Positions 1-12,175 of a stretch of DNA of 64,000 nt are shown here, piece after piece. The notes under the pieces are model-generated. The model was not told where the DNA came from. It worked only from the letters and a program-made list of their open reading frames with translations, and ran no database searches. Source of the DNA: Octopus sinensis (lineage: Eukaryota); contig NC_043005.1 in NCBI RefSeq assembly GCF_006345805.1, positions 50,716,001 to 50,780,000 on the forward strand. Reading direction: 5' to 3'. Within the stretch, counting starts at the first letter, position 1. Each line of letters starts with the position of its first letter. The position numbers were made by a program, and so were the translations under genes.

Positions 1-768
1 GTATGTATATGTATATATGCATATACATTATTTATATTATTATTTGATTGAACGCCACGCATCCATTTCCAAGTAAGTTTATCTTAATATTTTTGATGCG
101 ACTCTACTCTTTACCGTTCTCTCTCCCCCTATCGTTTTCTTTCTCATCCTTTCTCTACTTCCTTTTTCTCTCCCTTCACCGTTTTCTATCTGTCTCTCTA
201 TCCCTCTTTCTTCTTTACTCTCTCTTTCTCTCTCTCGTTGCTCACACGTGACCATCGTCCATCTTTCTTTTCCTCCCGTGATCATCTTTCTTTTCCCTCA
301 GTGCTGTCTTAGAGACTGCGCGCATCCTATCTGTCTCTCCTATCTTTTCTCTTGTCAAAGACAAAATTTCTCCAGCGTTTGCTACTCTGCCTTGTCTGGT
401 CTATCGACCCTCCATGTTCGTTTTCGTTCGGTTTCCTTGTATGTCTCCAATGTTCTGTTTTTGTTACTAACTTTGACCCTCTGCAAAACCCAAATTTTAC
501 TTTTGTTTTTGCGAGCCCAACTGCTTTGAAGTCTCATATTGTCGTTCAATGCTCGAAATGAGAAGTAGATGGACAGCTGACAACGGTTGAAGGGTCGTTC
601 TTTATGTTACTTGTTCTGTTTTCCATTTGTTTCTCTCGTTGTTTGAGTACTCAAATCATTTGTTTTTGTATTTCATGTTTTTTACGGTTTGTGACGTCCT
701 GTACTCATATGTATGTATATATGCATATATATGTGTGTGTGTGTGTGTTTGTGTGCGCGCGCGTGTAT

Positions 769-957
769 GGAGAATTCACAAACAAAACAAAAGACGAAGA
801 AAGGTGGTGTAGAAAACAAATTGTTGTATTAGTTCAACGCTCGGTAAGTGAAATAGTCTTTATTGTTTCGAGCCTACGCTCTTCCACAGAAAGTAAGACA
901 GAAAGAAACAAGGAGAGAAAATAAAGCATGTGTAGTGGCTAGCGATCTAACATGGCG
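769..957 (-). mobile_element. Short non-autonomous Penelope-LTR-like element carrying a minimal hammerhead-like motif (family P1)
   Basis: The reverse complement aligns by eye over ~180 bp with 59823-59998 (+) and partly with 49768-49872 and 1525-1606. It contains cttt-CTGTGGA-A-GAGC-gtag-GCTC-GAAA-caat-aaag at 893-858. Confidence 0.7.
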
Positions 958-1020
958 AGTTATATCCTCATTAGGGATTATATAATCCAAGGTATTCTAC
1001 TAGTAATCTACCTTAGTTCC

Positions 1021-1148
1021 ATGAGCTCTGAAGAAGTCTTACCACCTCATAGTTAGAATATGATACCTACCTTAGCATTTAACAAAAATGCTCCGAAATT
1101 CTGATTAACTAGGTGATAGGACTGAAACATATATGTAGGTACCTTCAT
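1021..1148 (+). ncRNA. Type I hammerhead ribozyme-like motif with extended stem II
   Basis: CTGAAGA at 1028-1034. Stem II is agtcttaccacct (1035-1047)/aggtgataggact (1111-1123), plus tagttagaat/attctgatta and an inner agcattt/aaatgct hairpin. GAAA at 1124-1127, then C-ATATAT-G-T-A (palindromic loop III, GUA site ending at 1137). Stem I is weak. Confidence 0.7.
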
Positions 1149-1280
1149 CTCATTGTCTGAGCTTTACAACTCGTAATCAATTTATTTGTACTGTCATGTC
1201 TTTTAAAAGAAATTTTCATTTTATAACATACAAATAAATTATTCATTCATACATTATTTCTTATTAGCCCAATATTGCTT

Positions 1281-1331
1281 CTATATATACATATATAAAT
1301 ACATACATACATATATATATATATACATACA

Positions 1332-1365
<34 letters not shown>

Positions 1366-1525
1366 CATACATACATATATATATACATACATACCTACAT
1401 ACATATATACATACATACATACCTACATACATATATACATACATACATATATACATACATACATATATACATACATACATATATACATACATATATACAT
1501 ACATACATATATACATATATATATA
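1281..1525. repeat. (TACA)n/(TA)n compound microsatellite
   Basis: Direct reading of the sequence. Confidence 0.95.
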
Positions 1526-1606
1526 CTGAGCGCCATACTAATACAATTGTTCGTTTGTTTTCCACCTGCCTTCGTCTTTTGTTTATTTTCATAAAGCTTC
1601 CCGTTA
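1525..1606 (+). mobile_element. 3' fragment of family P1 element between (TA)n tracts
   Basis: ctgagcgccatactaatac...ccacctgccttcgtcttttg matches the tail of 59823-59998. Confidence 0.6.
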
Positions 1607-1613
1607 TATATAT

Positions 1614-1663
<50 letters not shown>

Positions 1664-2384
1664 ATACTTACACATATAAGCATATTCTTATATAAACACG
1701 CATGGATATGCACGAGTGCAAACACAGATATTTCTATTTGTATAGATTTATCTATCATAGAGACACACACGCACATATGCTTATAGGATATTTATGCACG
1801 CAAACATTCATACATAGATGTGCGCCGAATATGCTGATTAACTCACTCGTATACGCTCGCAAAACACATACACATATAACGCCAGCATGTATATACATGC
1901 ATGTATATCAATGTAATCCATATTTATATTCAGATACATATTCTATTTTCATATACATATTGATGGTTACAGGATCACACTCGCGTGCTTCATGCTCACA
2001 CTTATCCGTATACGTGCATTTAAGCACGATGTGCGTGTCAAGTCGTGCAGGCATACAGGCGTGCATGTTCGTTCTTGTAAATAATAGTTCAAACATATGC
2101 TGATGATGAAAGGTAAGGTGCATCAGAAACCTACACTCAATAAGGAAGTTCAGTAGTATACGTGATAAATAAATAAGGTGGATAAATAAGATAAGTATGA
2201 TACAATAATTAAAAGAGTGACAAGGGTAAATAGGGTAAAGATCCCCTCCGATCATGAACGACCATGTGATCGAACCTAGAAAGTTCCCCTCAGAGACACA
2301 AATCCAGGTGAGGTTGTTTATGAAGACCAGCAGTCTCCCATGTATCCCAGCCTCCCCTCTCCATGCCAATAATGTCATTTAAGA

Positions 2385-2566
2385 GAAAGGTAAAGGCCAA
2401 TACAGCTTGGCACCAGTGATGTCGCTACTCCTTTTGTATAGCTGAGTGAACTGGAGCAACGTGAAATAAAGTGTCTTGCTCAAGAACGCAACACACAGCC
2501 CGGTCAAGGAACTCACTGCCTCATGGTTGTGAGCCCGACACTCTAACCACTGAGCCATGTGCCTTC
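2385..2566 (-). mobile_element. tRNA-headed SINE (core D)
   Basis: Minus strand reads ggcacatggctcagtggttagagtgtcgggc (A box) then gtgttgcgttcttgagcaagacactttatttcacgttgctccagttcactcagct. The same core occurs at 25330-25420 and 48250-48395. Confidence 0.75.
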
Positions 2567-2619
2567 AGTAAACGGGGGGAAAAGTAATAAGTAGTGATGA
2601 AATATGATATAATAAATTA

Positions 2620-2835
2620 TTCTTTTCTACTCTAGGCACAAGGCCCGAAATTTTTGGAGAGGGGGCCAGTCGATTAGATCAACCCCAATACGCAACTGGT
2701 ACTTAATTTACGGACCTCGAAAGGATGAAAGGCAAAGTCGACTTCGGCGGAATTTGAACTCAGAACGTAAAGACAGAAGAAATATCGGTAAGCATTTCGC
2801 CCGGTGTACTGACGTTTCTGCCAGCTCGCCACCTT
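2620..2835 (-). mobile_element. SINE family B monomer (head + core + tail 2)
   Basis: ggcgagctggcagaaacg...gagttcaaattcc (B box)...gcctttcatcctttcg. It is flanked by near-direct repeats gatataataaattat / gataaaataaattat (probable TSD). Confidence 0.85.
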
Positions 2836-3098
2836 AGATAAAATAAATTATTGATAAAAAGAATATTGTCCTAGCAAGAATCCGTAGAGAGTAAGTTATT
2901 ATTATGGGAATGAATATGAATACCATGGTATGACAAGAAATTTCGGGAAAAAAGCTGAGGAAATGTCCCAATAATGGCATTTATAGCTCTTAGCAGCCGA
3001 AATAAGTCGAAAGTAAACTGTTTTTTGTGTATTAATTCTTTTATTGTGTGTCAGAAGTTACTTCACAAGAATTTGAGAGTTCTAACCGACGGGTTTGA

Positions 3099-3318
3099 CC
3101 CTTAAGTATTTAAACCGGCCATACCATGCCGAAATGTTCCACCTGCTTTATGTTCAAACTAGCCAGATCTGGCCTCTCATACGAACCCTATATTGTCATT
3201 AGGAAAATAAACAATAATATCATTGAAATCTCAAAGCTACAAGATAGTGCCTGATTAATTCAAACCAATGTGAATAAATATTCATTATATTTGGAGGAGT
3301 AAGCTGAATGCTAAATGG
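3099..3318. mobile_element. Degenerate piggyBac-like MITE
   Basis: Ends ttga|cccttaagtattta ... ctgaatgctaaatgg|tgaa resemble a decayed TTAA|CCCTTTAGCATT...AATGCTAAAGGG|TTAA structure. Confidence 0.45.
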
Positions 3319-6149
3319 TGAAACTGTTAGACACTAGACACTTGCAGGATAAGCATTTTCTCAGTTAGCACCGAATAGCAACAGTGCCAGATTTTATGAT
3401 GATATAATTGTGCGATTACCAAGGTAGATCAAGTAATATTGTAGGCTTGTTCAATCATCTCCGTGAAGTAAAGTATACCTCTATAAAGTGGTGCTTGTGA
3501 AAAGTCTTTGAAGGTTAGCGAAAGAATTTTTATGATGCTAGATCCGTATTTTGAAGAGTGTGGTTAGTCCACACTTGCATGTAGTTATAGAACTGGATTC
3601 TGACTTCGCGCCGGACGAAATGCTTTGCGGACTTTCGTCCGTCTTTGTTCTGAGTTCATATTTCGCCGAAGTCGATTTTGCAATGAAATAAGTACCACTT
3701 AAGTGACAATGTAATTGACTCGTCCTTCTCTCAAAATTTCAAGCCTTGGGCCCAAACTAGAAATGATTAAGGTTAGCAAACATTTTAGTATTGTGACTTC
3801 TAATGTAAGATGTGAATTTCTTGCATGTGAAGTAGCTGACTCTGTTGGCCTTCTTGCTGAAGATTTTGTAATAGTTTTGATCTGTTGAAGAGATTAACGT
3901 GGGTGGGGGCTACTGTGCTATGTTAGTTTTTACTGTGATGTTTAAGACATGTTTATACCCTAAAATATTAAATATAAAAGTGCCTTTATTGCATTTCTTT
4001 AGTGAAACCACTATTTTAGAAAGCAATCTTGTACTGAAACACATTTCTAAAAGTGACATTATACTCAGACAACTAATATTGTGAACAAAGTTGCGTAAAA
4101 TATATAGTGGTTAGCTAGGACTCTTTTTTTTTTTTTGTAATGTAAAACTAATATTTTAGCAGGGCTTGTGTTTATATTTATCTTTAAAGTGACGCCTAAA
4201 AAATTAACTATGATATGGGTGTAAATTTTGCTGTTATTCTCCCCCCTGTTTCAGTGAATAGATATCAGGTCTTTGCCAGCGCACTTCCGCTGCAATTTCT
4301 TCATCTTATAGCAGATAATCTCTTTTACAATAGGTCTAGATAATGAAATGCGTATTTTATCTTTGTTTCCTAAAATTGTTCGTAATACCGAAGGTCATCA
4401 TGCGAGACATTAAATCTATCAAATAATACATCTCCATAGCATTTGATCTTAGCGGCGTTATTAAAAAAAAAAAACAGGAGATATATTTATGCAGTTAGTT
4501 TGGGAGATTTTTAGTAATCGCTGGGTAAAAATGCCAATGATATCAACCTGTCATCGACACCATGAAACCATTCTTTTATGTCTAAAATGCAGTATTGCCA
4601 TAAGAAGTACAACTTCTGTCATAACCTCTTGATCTTCTTTTCTCAGACTTCATGAAGGACTATGCCGGTTTCTAGTCATGCCGCATTAAATGGGCTTCAT
4701 ATAGGATTACCATATCTCGGTCGTGCTGCTTTCACAGATTACCATGACTCTCCGTTGTCATCCAATTCCAGCATTATGAATTTGAATTGGGAATTTCAGC
4801 CATATTGAACCTTTCATTAGCTGATTACATAACCACGGACGCCACCGCTATGGATGCATTGCAGTTAATCTCTTGATAGATCTTGGTGGTCCTGACCATT
4901 GATCTTCTAGAATTCCTCTGCTCAGCATCAATGTAAGAAGCACCGTTGAGTCAGTTGAGCTCTTCCGCTACCTATTCACAATCCGCCATGCTGCAGCCCA
5001 TTGGCTTCACCGTATCCCTAGCAGAATGGCTAAATTGGTGTTATACCTTGTCAAAGGGTGACCCGTAACTATGCAGAGGTCGTCACTATATGAGGTATTT
5101 TCAAAATGCTCGCATACCCATGGGGTTACCAATGAACTATGACTTCAGGGCCTTTAATATGTTATAAAGGTGCACGGTGGAGAGAGCCTAAGCTCCGCAT
5201 TCAATACTCACTTTCTTACCGGTTTCTTTCGCGCGTAAATTAACGGGCGCGTGTGCGTTTTCCCCTAGATATTATTTATTTAGTTACTTATTTATTAATA
5301 TATTTTTGTTTTTGCATACACTAGAGATGCTGTTGGCTAAGCCCCAGATATAAGATTTTGCATGTAAACTGCAGACAGTTTTCTCTTACTAGATGAAATG
5401 TTCACACTTCAAAGAGATCTTAATGACTTCAAGTCTCTCCTTCAAGTTTCTCTTTTCAAGTTACTTTGGAAATTATTGCCAATTCTCCTGAATCAGCTGC
5501 GAATGATTTTTGTCTTTTTGTCAGATAATATTTTCTGAAGCGTTCGTTCCGAATCAGAATTTTATTGTTTACCTTATTTGGCGTCTCATTATCAAAAACA
5601 TATCCCCAAACGCAAGATGCTAAATACTTCTCTCAGAATCCATCCAATAAAAACCAAGCATTAAATTCGAACATTCTTTGAATATACTTCTGTTTTTTGT
5701 TTTTTTTTAATTGCTGTGTACATTCCCTGCGAAAAACTTTCCAAAGTTCTTTTCCCATATTCTGGCTATCCATGTAATTCTAAGAACTGCACAAAGATTG
5801 GATAAGTGAAACCTGAAGAATGGTTAATGAAGAATTCAAAACTCTCAATAAAAAATAACATACAACTTGTGTCGAGTACCAGCTTTTCTCCTTAACTATA
5901 TAGTATTTTGTGGCATGTCAGACAGACACTCCCACACGTAGGAACATGCTCAACTACGTACACGCATGCACACACACACACACACACAAACGTTACCCAC
6001 CCAAACATTGGAGTAGCAATCGACCTAACAAACGACCCCCTAACCAGATAACATCTAATCCTATATACACAACAACCCACCAAAACAGACACCAACATAC
6101 ACATCCAAAACCCTATTTCCACCCAGGTAACCCTCCTAATCGGATTAAA

Positions 6150-7105
6150 CGAATTAGAACCCGAGACGTCATATGGTTCCCCACCACCACTACCGTTGCT
6201 TTAATATTCAGACTTGAGTACCCAAACTCTTCTTCGCCCTACTCAAAAAAACATTTCCCTAAATCTAACCCCCTTAGACATATTTAACCTCCAATCTATA
6301 AAATTGTCCAACTCCACCACCAACAACATTGCCGGAGTTATCCGACATCTTAGCAAGAAACTCCGAAATTAACAGCTAACCACCACACTAGAAAATTAAT
6401 TCAACATAACCCCTAACTCCATACATATAAAACCAATACACCAACTAACAAACAAAACCTCATAACTACAATTATATTGCCATTGCTAACACCCAACCCT
6501 TAAAGTTACCACAACACTCAAATATACCTCCTGCTATAATACAGAATACCACAGAGGATACAACCGGACCAAATAATTATCATACCATACAACCTAACAA
6601 CACCACCCTCAACCCATTAACAATTGATAACCTTAGCACCAACTATAACAAATAACCAAACACCGATTCCTCACCAAGTAACAATCTCCCCACAAGCTCA
6701 TCCTTCTACAAGCCTATGCATCTTCAGACGCCTAACCTCCTGTCCTTTAGATAACCGTTTTCTCACTAAGAACATAATTTATAAGTGCACAGTATCAACT
6801 AACAACTGCAACTACGTTTACATCGGCTCATGTAGCACCATCTTCAAAGCTAGAGTGAGCAATCACTACTCTAGCTTCAAATCCCATGCAAAATTTAGCA
6901 GTACATCGTTATTTCAACTTATCAATAAACTAACGCTTGACTCAACTCCTTATACTCTCAACTTACAGCAGATATAACAGTAAGCGTGATCTCTGCATAG
7001 CCGAGGTCATAGCTATTTTGCAATCCATGAACTGTCTCAATGAAGGCAACAATATAATATTCACCTGCAAACATCGGGCACTAAATCTATTCCCGAAATG
7101 CAAAT
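6150..7105 (+). pseudogene. Penelope-like retroelement C-terminal region with GIY-YIG endonuclease (frameshifted)
   Basis: Reading across frameshifts gives RDVIWF(P)..., HFPKSNPLRHI/FNLQSIKLS..TTNNIAGVI, CPLDNRFLTKNIIYKCTVS..YVYIGSCSTIFKARVSNHYSSF (ORF 6624-6977) and DLCIAEVIAIL..CLNEGNNIIFTCKHR. These match the linker, GIY-YIG and terminal C..C/CxH motifs of PLE proteins. No RT part was seen. Confidence 0.8.
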
Positions 7106-7821
7106 AAGTACAATCCCACCCCGCTCCTGTCTGCCGATAACTCTCATATATTATTTTCCCAATTCATCCATCCTCACTACCACTGCGTATTAAACCAACA
7201 ATATTTTTTTCTTCCATTTTAATTCCTTAATCGTCAATTACGATTTTCTTTCCATATTTTTACTTACTACCTAAAATATTCTTCTCCCTTGTATTTCTAC
7301 TCCCTCCCCTTCCTACCCCTCTACATGTAAACGTACAAATACATACGCTTACATACACCTTCACCACATCATTCGTTTTTATTTTTCTTGTGCCAATTTA
7401 CGCCTTTTGACCATAAAACCACAAAGCTGTGCTTAAACTCCCCACCTTACCACCCTACCTTGCTTTATTCATACGTACTTTCTTTTGTCCTCCACGGCCA
7501 AAAATATTTCCCCACCCTCTCCCCTCCAATTTCTCTTCTCTTCAAATGGCAGTCCCACTATTGAATTCTGTGATTAAGCTAAAACTACTATATTATCTAC
7601 CACTGACCCGTCCAATTCCTCCTTTCTCTCACTCCCCTATATTTTATTTTGTATTTAATTTTATTTATCTATTTTTCTTTCTCTTCTTTCTTCCCTTCTA
7701 TTACTTATTTCTCCCTTCATTTATATACCCCTCACATACTGTGCCTTCCACATATTATGATTGAATCTTTGCGTCAACGTGTACCTCCTTGCGACAGTAT
7801 AGCCTTTAATATAATCAAAAT

Positions 7822-7917
7822 ATCCATGGCCTGAGGAATAGCTGGGGGTATACAACTCAGTTAGATTTTTACCACATCTGAGGTTCTACTGGCTATGAAA
7901 CATATGTAGCCCAGATT
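7822..7917 (+). ncRNA. Type I hammerhead ribozyme in the 3' terminal region of the Penelope-like element
   Basis: Stem I ggc (7828-30)/gcc (7909-11). CTGAGGA at 7831-7837. Stem II atagctgg/ctggctat with inner ctcag/ctgag and agat/atct. GAAA at 7897-7900, then C-ATAT-G-T-A (GUA site ending at 7908). Confidence 0.8.
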
Positions 7918-8152
7918 TCCCATATTCCATTCCGTAACTCTTGTATACTATTTCGCACACTCGGCAACCCTGGTTGCCTATATAAAAGGAACATTTTTTC
8001 AGTTCATCGTTCTTCGATATAAGTAAAAATTATCCGTAACCTTCCGTCTCATTAAACCACTATTGTTCCTGAAAGTTGTTTTTTATATTCGCTACGGATT
8101 GCTCGAAGCTAACTTCCTCCTACACCTCGATCCTTGGAGCTTATATATATAT

Positions 8153-8229
<77 letters not shown>

Positions 8230-8321
8230 AAGGCTTCCTGTCAAAACGGCATGCCAACGTACTTTGGTAATTTACATTTGTATCAATATGTCTGTGTTGT
8301 AGTATGTATGTATATATATAT

Positions 8322-9965
8322 ACTGGCCCCGATGGATTCCCGGCAATCCTTCTAAAAGTATGTAAGGGAGTACTAGCAAGACCACTGCAGTTTCTCTTTC
8401 AGAGCTTCCTTGCAACTGGCAAACTTCCAAGAAAACTGAAGGAAGGTAAAATATGCCCTATTCATAAAGGGGGTAGCAGAGCGGAGGCCAAGAACTACAG
8501 ACCTATCTCACTGACCTCACACATCAGCAAGGTCATGGAACGAATAGTCAGAAGGAAACTAATCACTTTCCTTGAAGAAAATGACTTGCTGCCTGGGGAC
8601 ACCCACAATGGTTTCCGACCAGGAAGAAGCTGCTTAACTCAGCTCCTACAAACACTATGACTGGGTGCTGAAACGACTGCTCAACCACTCAAATGTGGAA
8701 GTGATATATCTCGACTTTGCAAAGGCTTTTGATAAAGTCGATCATGGAATGATATGTCACAAACTGCGTGATCTTGGCATAGTTGGAAAATTGGGAGAAT
8801 GGCTTCATGACTTTCTGAAAGATAGAAGTCAGGTGGTAGTAGCCACTTCCATTAACATGCAAATAGTGAGCGGTGTTCCGCAGAGCACTGTTTTGGGACC
8901 ACTACTGTTCATAATGGCCCTCTCAGACATGCCCTCAGCCATGTAGAGAGCCACAATCACAAGTTATGCAGATGATACAAAAGTTTCACAGGCAATACAG
9001 AACCCTGAAGACACTAAGCACCTGCAATGTGAGCTGGACAAAATATACAAGTGGGCTGAAAAGAATAGCAAGCAGTTCAATGCTGAAAAGTTTCAAGCTT
9101 TATGGTATCAGCATGCAAAACTAAATGCAATACCCAATGAATACACTGGACCCGGAGGGATCGCAATCCCAGAGGCTCAATCAGTGCGTGACCTGGGTAT
9201 TTACATGAGCGATGACGCAACCTTTCATGTACATGTTGCTAAACTGGCAATGAAATGTAGACGGCTGGCCGGATGGATTCTTTGAACCCTTAGAACAAGA
9301 GAACAAGAAACCATGATGGTCCTCTGGAAGACACTTGTCCTAAGCCACTTTGACTATTGCTCTCAGCTATGGTCACCATCCAGTGTCAAGTTGATCACAG
9401 AGCTCGAGGCGATCCAACGAAGCTACACGAAGAAGATAGCCTCTGTGCAGCATATAAGATACTGGGAAAGACTCAAGAGATTAAAACTCTATTCCTTGGA
9501 GCGTAGGCGAGAAAGATATGCCATAATATACATCTGGAAGATCCTGGAAGGACTTGTCCCAAACTTTGGCATCGAGAGTTACATAAATGCCAGAACTGGG
9601 CGCCACTGCGTGGTGCCAAGGACTCCAAATTTGCCATCAAGATGTAGGACAAGATATTGTGATAGCCTGGGTTTCAGAGGCCCACAGCTCTTCAATATCC
9701 TCCCGAAGAACCTGAGGGACCTGCTTGGGGTGGATGCGGATGTATTTAAAGTTGGACTGGATCTCTTCCTGTCAGGTGTCCAGGATGAACCAACTTCACG
9801 GCAGGAGGTGCAGATGAGGGCAGCTGCATCAAACTCTCTCATGCACCAAATGGCAGTTGCTAAAAAGCATTCGTGAGGTAAAAATCATGTAACAACACCA
9901 AATGGCGGTGCCGCAGCATGGCCACAGCTCAAGAGCTGAAACTGGAAAACATAAACATAAACATA
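8322..9965 (+). mobile_element. 5'-truncated CR1-group (CR1/Crack-like) LINE, RT pseudogene with intact 3' end
   Basis: Motifs GPDGFP..., KNYRPISLTS, GFRPGRSC, YLDFAKAFDKVDH, SGVPQSTVLGPLLF, YADD (8965-8976), DYCSQLWSP and LYSLERRRER. There is a frameshift near 8650 and stops at 8944 and ~9283. The element ends in a 3' hairpin and a (AAACAT)n tail. Confidence 0.92.
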
Positions 9966-9974
9966 TATACATAT

Positions 9975-10142
9975 ATAGTATAGGAAATGGGGAAAGCTTG
10001 GTCTGCAATGTTTGCAGTCGTGTATGCTTGTCAAGAGCTGGGCTCATTAGCCACCAAATGCAAAATATAAGTTAGTCCTACAGCGCACAATGTTCCTGAA
10101 GGTCGGCAATGGTCTTCCTCGGTCACGAGTGGATAGCCATCA
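9975..10142 (+). mobile_element. 3' end of an RTE-type LINE with terminal C2H2-like finger
   Basis: Reads [20 protein letters not shown], followed by a short UTR and a (CATA)n tail. Confidence 0.55.
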
Positions 10143-10172
10143 TACATACATACATACATATATATATGTATG

Positions 10173-10262
<90 letters not shown>

Positions 10263-10338
10263 TATATATATACATACATACATACATACATACATACATA
10301 CATACATACATACATACATCCATACATACGTATATATA

Positions 10339-10434
<96 letters not shown>

Positions 10435-10564
10435 CATTATATAAAAGGGCTTAGTAAAATTAGTTTGTTGGCACTGTTAGTTTCGAGCAGATCTTCAGAA
10501 GCGATAAGAAGCCGAAAGGGTATGCTCCACTTTCAGTGTTTTCAAATCCAAACCAGGGAGTTCT

Positions 10565-10615
10565 GAGCTGATGATAGAAGTGTCGAGTTTGACTAATCTT
10601 GAAATGTACGTTCTC
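10565..10615 (+). ncRNA. Hammerhead ribozyme-like motif, copy 1
   Basis: gag-CTGATGA(10568-74)-t-aga..gtcg agtt tgac..tct-t-GAAA(10601-04)-T-GTAC-G-T-T-ctc. The predicted site is GUU ending at 10612. Confidence 0.65.
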
Positions 10616-11118
10616 TATAACCTTTGCATTTGATTTTTTAATGTCTCTACCCCCATACTTTCGTGAGTTGAATTGAGCAAACACTATATGAGAGAGGTTT
10701 TCTTTAAGTATTAGAAATAGTTTTAAAAAAGTTTTTTTTGGCTGCTATTTCTAATGAGTTCAGTATGCGGCAAAGTAATTTTTTACTAAGCCCTTTTATA
10801 ATGTAATAATTTGAATTCGCCTTAAATGGTCCCTTTGCATACTGAATACTGGTGAGATTGATTAATTAATTAATTAATTTTACCCTCAATTGTTGAAATT
10901 ATAATTCATCTCTCTTACTAATGCCTCGGATTTTACCGAAAAAAGCATAGTGTTTACTGATTTTAACCCACGCGGGTGGAAAGGGGAGAGCATAAATTCT
11001 TCGCTTGCATATTTGAGTTTGTTGGCACTGTTAGTTTCGAGCAGATCTTCAGAAGCGATAAGAAGCCGAAAGGGTATGCTCCCACTTTCAGTGTTTTCAA
11101 ATCCAAACCAGGGAGTTC

Positions 11119-11171
11119 TGAGCTGAAGATAGAAGTGTCGAGTTTGACTAATCTTGAAACGTACGTTCTCA
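11119..11171 (+). ncRNA. Hammerhead ribozyme-like motif, copy 2
   Basis: tgag-CTGAAGA(11123-29)-...-GAAA(11156-59)-C-GTAC-G-T-T-ctca, containing the palindrome AACGTACGTT. The predicted site is GUU ending at 11167. Confidence 0.7.
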
Positions 11172-11456
11172 AATAACCTTTGCATTTGATTTTTTAATGT
11201 CTCTACCCCCATACTTTCGTGAGTTGAATTGAGCAAACACTATATGAGAGAGGTTTTCTTTAAGTATTAGAAATAGTTTTAAAAAAGTTTTTTTTGGCTG
11301 CTATTTCTAATGAGTTCAGTATGCGGCAAAGTAATTTATTTTACTAAGCCCTTTTATAAATGTAATAATTTGAATTCGCCTTAAATGGTCCCTTTGCATA
11401 CTGAATACTTGGTGAGATTGATTAATTAATTAATTAATTTACCCTCAATTGTTGAA

Positions 11457-11520
<64 letters not shown>

Positions 11521-11784
11521 ATATATTATATAATACATATATATAATATATATATATATATACGTATTTCAAAATAGAAAATTATCCTTTAACAGGTAAT
11601 TTGACATGCTAGAAATAGCAGCCAACACGGCCAAAACCACAATTTTATAGCAAATTTCGAAGTAAATGAAAAGTAAAAACCTTTACTTTGTTATATAACG
11701 GTTATACCATGTTTTCAGATTTCTTTTGCAAATAATATCGCTTGCCATCTTTTAATACATACATACATATATATATATATATAT

Positions 11785-12175
11785 TCTTTTACTCTTCTAT
11801 TTGTTTCAGTCATCTGACTGCGGCCATGCTGGAGGACCGCCTTAGTCGAGCAAATCGACCCCAGGACTTATTCTTTGTAAGCCTAGTACTTATTCTATCG
11901 GTCTCTTTTGCCGAACCCCTAAGTTACGGGGACGTAAGCACACCAGCATCGGTTGTCAAGCGATGTTGTGGGGACAAACACAGACACACAAACACACACA
12001 TACATATATATATAAATATATACATATATACGACGGGCTTCTTTCAGTTTCCGTCTACCAAATCCACTCACAAGGCTATAGTAGAAGACACTTGTCCAAG
12101 GTGCCACGCAGTGGTACTGAACCCTGAACTATGTGGCTGGTAAGCAAGGTACTTACGACACAGCCACTCCTGCGC
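11785..12175 (-). mobile_element. SINE family A (tRNA head, internal microsatellite, LINE-like tail)
   Basis: Collinear with 19426-19817, 21759-22163 and 27100-27487, with an A/B-box-like head. Confidence 0.9.

Larger units (their letters stand above)
10431..11458 (+). mobile_element. Retrozyme/Penelope-terminal-repeat-like tandem element, about 1.8 units with ~554-555 bp period, flanked by (TA)n
   Basis: 10462-10898 is repeated almost identically at 11016-11458. Each unit contains a hammerhead motif. 10431-10460 is an inverted copy of ~10779-10807. Confidence 0.75.

Noticed and set aside
4260-5060. Possible decayed LINE RNase H region on the minus strand (SWCR*QVDIIG)
   Set aside because: A single weak motif that cannot be supported without TBLASTX.
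10468-10505. Minus-strand CTGAAGA-tctgctc-GAAA-CT-aac-AG-TG in each tandem unit (possible ambisense HHR)
   Set aside because: There is no stem II or stem I pairing, and position 17 would be G (non-cleavable).
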